Source of the DNA: an uncultured Acidobacteriota bacterium
GTDB lineage: Bacteria; Acidobacteriota; Terriglobia; Terriglobales; Acidobacteriaceae
Assembly: GCA_963762385.1 (NCBI GenBank)
Contig: CAVXKN010000005.1
Span: forward strand, 62,245-126,244
Direction of reading: 5' to 3'
DNA: 64,000 nucleotides
Shown piece by piece: positions 57,361 through 64,000 of the stretch. Made by a program: the position numbers and the translations under genes. Numbering within the stretch: position 1 is the first letter of the stretch; every line of letters starts with the position of its first letter. The notes under the pieces were generated by a model. The model was not told the origin of the DNA and made no database searches. It saw nothing but the letters and a program-made list of their open reading frames with translations.

Positions 57361-57454
57361 ATCGGCTTCACGGGGCTTTCCTAGGATCGTCAGCAATCAC
57401 AAAAGTCATCTCGGCAAGAGAGTGGTTTCTTGCGCGTTGACATAGGAGGCCTGT

Positions 57455-60400
57455 ATGCGTTCATGGCTCGGTGCTCTTTTTCTGGTCGCCTGTTTGCTGC
57501 TTCCACTCGCAACAAAGTCATTGTTCGCGCAAGTGGACCGGGCCGTGCTTGAAGGTACGGTGACGGACCCTAGCGGAGCAATTATCGTTGGGGCCAGCGT
57601 GGTATCTCTGGCTGTGGACACAGGTATCAAAGAGGAGCAGCTGACAAATTCAAGAGGTTATTACCGCTTTCCCGGCTTGGCGGTTGGTCGGTATACCGTG
57701 ACCGTCACGGATGCTGGCTTTAAGACCCAGGTTATCGAACACGTGATCGTACAGGTTGGGCAAACGCGCACTTTGGATGTTCGGATGGCCGTTGGTGCAA
57801 TTGCCGAGAAAGTGGAAGTCACGGCAACGGCGACTCCCGTGGAACGCACGGCAGCTGAAGCCTCCACGGTCATCACTGCCGAACAGATCGCGAATCTCCC
57901 CGACAACGGGCGCGATTGGACCACCCTCTCCTTGCTAGCGCCTTTTGCGCAGGATGATGGTGGCGGCGATCAAAGAACGATTCGCTTTGCCGGTCGCGCA
58001 CGCGACGACAACAATTTTTCAATCGACGGGGTCGACGCCGGCGGTATTCAGGAACAGGCGCAGAAGTCGCAAACGCGCTTGCAGATCTCTGAGGATGCGA
58101 TTGAAGAATACCGTGTCGACTCCGCCCTGTATGACGTCGAATATGGAACCCAAGCTGGCGGACAAATCGACGCCGAAACTAAGCACGGAACCAACGACTT
58201 CCACGGGACCCTATATGGTTATTTCAGAAACTCAGTTTTCGATGCGCGAAATTTCAACGACTTTAACGTCAACGGAAACCCTTATGTCCCGCCGTTCCGG
58301 ATGGGGCAATATGGGATGACGCTTGGCGGGCCCATCGTCAAGAACAAGACTTTCTTTTTCATCAACTACGAAGGATTGCGTCAATTGCAGTTGAACGGGG
58401 AGCAAATCATCGTGCCCGCGGGAGTCTGCTGTGGTGCGTTCTCCGGCACGGGCGAGCCGGGACCGATCACATCAAGCTACCAGCAGTACGTTTTGAACAA
58501 CGCACCCAGTGGTTTCGAGCCACAACTTTGCACCATCATGCAAGCGTTTCCCTGGCGCGCATCGGTAGGAACAATTAACGGTTGCGCACCGCGTTTCGTG
58601 TTCCCCGACGCCGCCTTTCAGTGGCAGGGAAGCACCACCAATCCAAGCGATCTCAACAATCAGGACCTCCTCACGGTGGGAAGGCAAACGACCGTACACG
58701 AAGATACCTGGCTGGTACGGATTGACCACAAGATCAGTGACAAAACTCTACTTTACGGTCGGGCGCAGCGTGATATCAGCTTGTGGAACGCGCCGGCTAG
58801 TTTCTCGGGGAGCGTCCCTGGGGACAATCAGGCAATCATCAATCATCCGGCAAATTACATGATCGCGCTGCAACACACCTTCACCCCAACCCTGCTCAAT
58901 GAGGGGAAGTTCTACATCAATCGCTCGCCCTTCCACAACCCGGGGGGAAGCATATTGCCGTTCGCTGTCAGCAGCAACGATTTCGTCACACTGAACAATA
59001 CGAGTACGGATGTCGAAGTGGGGTCGACCTTCGGTTTCGTTGACAATCTGACATGGACTCACGGGCGTCACACGTTCAAGGGCGGCATGGAATATCGGCG
59101 GGTCCGGCTGAATCAGGGGCAGACCTCAAACAATGTTCTTACCTTCGGGGACGACTATTCGATCGCGCAGGCCTCGCTCAGCAATATCAACTATATCGCC
59201 CCCTGGTGCTGCCACGGTCTGCGCCGCAACTTCTTTATGCCGTATTTCCAGGATGAATGGAAAGTCACTCCGACCTTCACTCTCACGGCTGGGGTGCGAT
59301 ATGACTATTACGGCCAAGCCCACGAGGCGACCAACCGTACGACCGTGTTTGACCTCAATGTGTTTCACGGCGTGTGTCTGGGTACCGGTTCGTTTAACCT
59401 AGCGCCGAGCCCGGGACCGATTAATACCCCGCCGTGCCCAGCCAATCCATCTTTGTACAATCCCAGCTACGTGAACTTTGATCCTCGGTTTGCACTGGCT
59501 TGGGCGCCCAGCGCGCTGCATGGGAAAACGGTGGTTCGCACAGGTTTTGGCATCTATCATGGCGCAGCGCAGAATGATGATTTGAATGCCGGACTGGAAA
59601 GCGACACCTTCCGCATTCTGGTCAACAACTTCAACCCGGCGCCATCTTGTCCGACCCCCTGCCCCAACTTGGAGTCTCAGTTTTTACAGCAGGACCCCAC
59701 GTTTTCGGGATTGAGCAGCGCCAGCAAGCAGGCCAACCACCCGCGGGCATTGCAGCGTGAAGGACGGCGAGATTTATATGTGGAAACCTGGGGTATGACC
59801 ATAGAGCATCAGTTGCCAGCGAGTTTCACGGCTTCGGCTCAATATCTCGGCAGCCACGGCGTGCACCTCTTCTCGCGAGGCGCAGTAAACCTGTGCACCG
59901 AACCGGTCACGTTTAATCCCGCTGACGGCGACTGCTTCCGGACCTTGGACCCATATTACCCAGCCGGAAACCCTTTCGGTTCCGTCGATTACAAAAGCGA
60001 CATTGGGGCCAGCAACTATAATGGCCTGAACTTGTCACTGGAGCGCGCCTTTAAAGACGGTTTTTCTTTTCAGGCCCGGTACACCTGGTCGCACTCGATC
60101 AACGACGGGTCAGTCGGCGGCGGAGAATCAACCGGACCAGAGAATGTGAATTGCTTGGCATGTGATTACGGTCCCAGTATTTTCGACATTCGCCACAATG
60201 TCGCCGTAAATGCTGTGTATGAACTACCCTTTGGTCCGGGCAAGACCTTTCTGAACGATTCGGGCGCGTTGGGCAAAATCGTGGGAGGCTGGCAATTCAG
60301 TAGCATCGGTGTTTGGCATACCGGACATCCCTTGACCGTTCAGATGGACCTAAGCGGGTCGATCAGCGATCCGTCCTCACCATTCAACGGACTCCCCTAC

Positions 60401-60895
60401 ACCTACCTTCTGCCTGACGGCAATGACCAGACCAACCAGCGGCCGGATGTTATTCCAGGAGTTCCGTTGACCCTTCCGGGCGCGGGACACAATGGTGTGC
60501 CTCTTATCAATGCAGCCGCTTTTCAGGCTCCGCCAGTCGATGCCAATGGCAACTTCACGCGCTTTGGCGATGAATCCAATGGCATGATTCGGGCTCTCGA
60601 TAGCTGGCAGATCGATATGGCACTGACCAAGGAAACAAAACTTACAGAGCGCGTGGCAATGGAGTTTGCCGTGCAAGCGTTCAATATTTTCAACCATGTT
60701 CAATTGGGCGATCCCGGACAGCTTACTCTCAGCTACGCTCCTGGATCAGGCCCAACGAATCTGACGGCGCCCGGCAACTTTGGAATTATCAGCACCACGG
60801 TGAACTTCAACAACAACAATGACAATGCCGCGTCTCCGAACACCGGTACCGGTCTGCCGCGGCAGCTGCAGTTCATGGTGCGCTTCAAATTCTGA
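57455..60895 (+). CDS. TonB-dependent receptor with an N-terminal carboxypeptidase-regulatory-like domain
   Basis: Signal peptide, then GTVTDPSGAIIVGASV...YYRFPGLAVGRYTVTV (CarboxypepD_reg), a plug region (NGRDWTTLSLLAP), a 22-strand-sized body and a C-terminal ...LQFMVRFKF. 1146 aa. Confidence 0.9.
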   Translation: MRSWLGALFLVACLLLPLATKSLFAQVDRAVLEGTVTDPSGAIIVGASVVSLAVDTGIKEEQLTNSRGYYRFPGLAVGRYTVTVTDAGFKTQVIEHVIVQVGQTRTLDVRMAVGAIAEKVEVTATATPVERTAAEASTVITAEQIANLPDNGRDWTTLSLLAPFAQDDGGGDQRTIRFAGRARDDNNFSIDGVDAGGIQEQAQKSQTRLQISEDAIEEYRVDSALYDVEYGTQAGGQIDAETKHGTNDFHGTLYGYFRNSVFDARNFNDFNVNGNPYVPPFRMGQYGMTLGGPIVKNKTFFFINYEGLRQLQLNGEQIIVPAGVCCGAFSGTGEPGPITSSYQQYVLNNAPSGFEPQLCTIMQAFPWRASVGTINGCAPRFVFPDAAFQWQGSTTNPSDLNNQDLLTVGRQTTVHEDTWLVRIDHKISDKTLLYGRAQRDISLWNAPASFSGSVPGDNQAIINHPANYMIALQHTFTPTLLNEGKFYINRSPFHNPGGSILPFAVSSNDFVTLNNTSTDVEVGSTFGFVDNLTWTHGRHTFKGGMEYRRVRLNQGQTSNNVLTFGDDYSIAQASLSNINYIAPWCCHGLRRNFFMPYFQDEWKVTPTFTLTAGVRYDYYGQAHEATNRTTVFDLNVFHGVCLGTGSFNLAPSPGPINTPPCPANPSLYNPSYVNFDPRFALAWAPSALHGKTVVRTGFGIYHGAAQNDDLNAGLESDTFRILVNNFNPAPSCPTPCPNLESQFLQQDPTFSGLSSASKQANHPRALQREGRRDLYVETWGMTIEHQLPASFTASAQYLGSHGVHLFSRGAVNLCTEPVTFNPADGDCFRTLDPYYPAGNPFGSVDYKSDIGASNYNGLNLSLERAFKDGFSFQARYTWSHSINDGSVGGGESTGPENVNCLACDYGPSIFDIRHNVAVNAVYELPFGPGKTFLNDSGALGKIVGGWQFSSIGVWHTGHPLTVQMDLSGSISDPSSPFNGLPYTYLLPDGNDQTNQRPDVIPGVPLTLPGAGHNGVPLINAAAFQAPPVDANGNFTRFGDESNGMIRALDSWQIDMALTKETKLTERVAMEFAVQAFNIFNHVQLGDPGQLTLSYAPGSGPTNLTAPGNFGIISTTVNFNNNNDNAASPNTGTGLPRQLQFMVRFKF

Positions 60896-60952
60896 TTGCG
60901 GTTGCAGGTAAATTTCAGGGATTTCTTTAAAACCTTGCCGGAGGATGAACTC

Positions 60953-61924
60953 ATGCTCAATCGTGTGCTCCACCGCTCGACTATTTTGATTCTGAGTTGC
61001 GCCTTTCTGGTGTCTGCCGCTGGCGCCGCCGAATACTCCGTCACCAGAAAAATTCCCATTCCCGGTCAGGGTAGCTGGGACTATCTCACGATTGACGGAG
61101 ACGCCCGTCGGCTATATGTATCTCACGGAACTCAGGTCGAGGTGCTCGACGTAGACTCCGGCGGGATCGTCGGAAAAATCGAAAATACGCAGGGTGTGCA
61201 CGGAATAGCCATCGCACCGGACATCGGCCGTGGATTTGTTAGCAACGGACAGTCCTCCACGGTGACGATCTTCGACTTGAAAACTCTCAAGACGATCGCA
61301 GAAGTACCTACTGGGAAAAAGCCGGACGCAATCATCTATGATCCGGCGACCACCAGGGTTTTCGCCTTTAACGGAGGCAGCAACAGTGCTACGGTGATCG
61401 AGGGCAAGGACGGAAAAGTGGCAGGCACGATTAATCTCGGCGGCGGTCCCGAATTCGCGGCTGCGGACGGCAACGGCTACGTCTACAATAACCTCGAGGA
61501 TCAAAGTCTGGTTCTGAAGATCAACTCTCGTACTCTGAAAGTTGAGCAGCGCTGGCCCACGGCCCCGTGCGCTTCGCCTTCCAGCATGGCGATCGACCGG
61601 GCCAATCGCAGATTGTTTGTCGGCTGCCGCAGCAAGGTCATGGCGGTGATGAACGCGGACACCGGCCAAGTCGTGGCAACGCTACCGATAGGCGATCACG
61701 TGGATGCCACAGCTTTCGACGGCGAGACGCGGCTGATTTTCAATTCCAACGGGGAAGGCACGGTGACTGTGATTCGCCAAGAGAGTCCGGACAAGTATTC
61801 CGTTGCCGAAACAGTGAAGACTCTACCGCGCGCCAAGACCTCTGCCCTCGATCAAAAAACGCATCAACTATTTCTGTCGACTGCCGAGTCGGGTCAGTTT
61901 GAAGTGCTAGTGGTAGGAAAGTAA
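60953..61924 (+). CDS. YncE/YVTN-family seven-bladed beta-propeller protein, secreted
   Basis: Signal peptide and repeated blades (RRLYVSHGTQVEVLD, GRGFVSNGQSSTVTIFD, TRVFAFNGGSNSATVI, GYVYNNLEDQSLVLKI, RRLFVGCRSKVMAVM). Confidence 0.78.
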   Translation: MLNRVLHRSTILILSCAFLVSAAGAAEYSVTRKIPIPGQGSWDYLTIDGDARRLYVSHGTQVEVLDVDSGGIVGKIENTQGVHGIAIAPDIGRGFVSNGQSSTVTIFDLKTLKTIAEVPTGKKPDAIIYDPATTRVFAFNGGSNSATVIEGKDGKVAGTINLGGGPEFAAADGNGYVYNNLEDQSLVLKINSRTLKVEQRWPTAPCASPSSMAIDRANRRLFVGCRSKVMAVMNADTGQVVATLPIGDHVDATAFDGETRLIFNSNGEGTVTVIRQESPDKYSVAETVKTLPRAKTSALDQKTHQLFLSTAESGQFEVLVVGK

Positions 61925-61931
61925 ACAATCG

Positions 61932-62936
61932 ATGAAGAATTGCCACAGATTTTCGGTAGTCTTGGTTTTTCTCGGCTGCGTAGCCTGTACGAGATCCCAC
62001 TCGCAGATGCAGGCGGTGGAAAATAAACCGGTTGCTCTGCAAGCGCAAGTGGAGAACCCCTTTCGTTTCGTCGCCTATGGCGATTCGCGCTTTCATGATC
62101 CCAAGGACACGGAAGCCGCCAACCCTGCCGTACGCCAGGCACTGGTGCAAGCCATCGCGGAGCTTAAACCGGCGTTTATCACCCTTACGGGAGACATCGT
62201 CTACAACGGCTACGACGTCAATGACTGGAAAGTCTGGGACAGTGAGACCAGCATTTGGCGCGAGAAAAAGATTCCCGTTTACCCGGTGCTGGGCAATCAT
62301 GATCTGCACGGGAGTGAGAACGTCGCCCTGGCGAATTACTTCCAGCGCTTTCCCGATCTGAAGAACAGCCGGTACTACTCAGTGCGCGCAGCTAACACGC
62401 TGATGCTGGTGCTCGACAGCTCGCTCGACGAAACTTCCGGGCCGCAGGGTCAATGGCTAGCCCAAGCACTGGATACGCTGCCGGCAGATGTTGATTTCGT
62501 GTTCATCGTGCTCCACCATCCTCCATACACAAGTTCCTCTGACGAGAAAAAATATGGCGGAGGGCATTCGGCGCGCAATTCCGAGCAGATGCTTGGGAAA
62601 ATGTTAGAAACCCGCCAACCCCATACGAATGCCCGTTTTGTTGTCTTCTCCGGACACGTACATAATTACGAACGCCATGAGCACGGCGGTGTTACCTATT
62701 TTGTTTCGGGTGGAGCGGGAGCTCATGCCTATCCAATTGAGCGTGCGCCCGGCGACCCTTTCCAAAGCAAAGAGATCAACTACCACTACTTGCTTATCGA
62801 GGTGGATCGACACCATCTGAAGATCACCATGAATCGCCTCGACCTCAGCAGCGGGAAGCCGGTCTGGACTCAACCGGACTCCATTGAGATCACGCAGGCT
62901 GTTCCGGCATCCCCTCGAGCTGCCAGTGCTCATTAG
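61932..62936 (+). CDS. calcineurin-like metallophosphoesterase (purple-acid-phosphatase-like)
   Basis: The motifs YGDSR, TGDIVYNG, GNHD, VLHHPPY and GHVHNYER appear in canonical order. Confidence 0.85.
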   Translation: MKNCHRFSVVLVFLGCVACTRSHSQMQAVENKPVALQAQVENPFRFVAYGDSRFHDPKDTEAANPAVRQALVQAIAELKPAFITLTGDIVYNGYDVNDWKVWDSETSIWREKKIPVYPVLGNHDLHGSENVALANYFQRFPDLKNSRYYSVRAANTLMLVLDSSLDETSGPQGQWLAQALDTLPADVDFVFIVLHHPPYTSSSDEKKYGGGHSARNSEQMLGKMLETRQPHTNARFVVFSGHVHNYERHEHGGVTYFVSGGAGAHAYPIERAPGDPFQSKEINYHYLLIEVDRHHLKITMNRLDLSSGKPVWTQPDSIEITQAVPASPRAASAH

Positions 62937-63012
62937 TTCGGCTGCGTGGGAATCGCGCGGTATTAGCGCTCGCTTTCCGGAGTGTTGCGCCTTTTAGCAA
63001 AGGCAAGATCGG

Positions 63013-63031
63013 GGGGGCGCGATCCGCCCCC
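63013..63031. terminator. GC-rich hairpin GGGGGCG-cgatc-CGCCCCC between convergent genes
   Basis: Read directly. It lies between the metallophosphoesterase stop (62936) and the katG stop (63118). There is no clear U-tract. Confidence 0.35.
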
Positions 63032-63117
63032 ACGAGCCAGGAAGACCGACAACTTCGGTTTAGCCGATCCAAACAACCGCGACAGCACGAAGTCGACGGC
63101 TTTCTTTTTCGCCGACC

Positions 63118-64000
<883 letters not shown>

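Overview
This is a 64-kb chromosomal segment, roughly 58-60% GC by eye, whose gene content points to Acidobacteriota (Terriglobia-like). That inference rests on a CarboxypepD_reg-type TonB-dependent receptor, Ser/Thr kinases fused to TolB-like beta-propellers, a CadC-wHTH/TPR regulator, PEP-CTERM-like proteins and ATPase-less FtsX permeases. Most of the window is ordinary: rpsA, a partial katG, an APC permease/BHMT-like/FAD-oxidoreductase operon, a GAF-fused alpha-glucan phosphorylase, TonB/M48/OMP genes, vapBC, GH9, tannase, a CusRS-like two-component system, and a TBDR operon. I saw no rRNA, tRNA or CRISPR array. The most unusual structure is an 8.5-kb block (17765-26309). It is bounded by ~35-bp imperfect inverted repeats and flanked by an exact 16-bp direct repeat. 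It carries only accessory or decayed cargo: a frameshifted Clp_N/UVR gene, a CadC-like regulator with a Cys-rich secreted protein, an MFS stub, a decayed IS110 transposase, and a 5'-truncated ATPase-TIR defence-type gene with an in-frame TAG. A second notable signal is a near-identical promoter/operator module, with three TTGCA pentamers phased 10 bp apart and including a perfect 16-bp palindrome. It sits in front of two paralogous PEP-CTERM-like genes 17 kb apart. Several genes are broken by single-nucleotide frameshifts, which could be real decay or assembly error. Function calls come from motif recognition in the translations; no database search was run.
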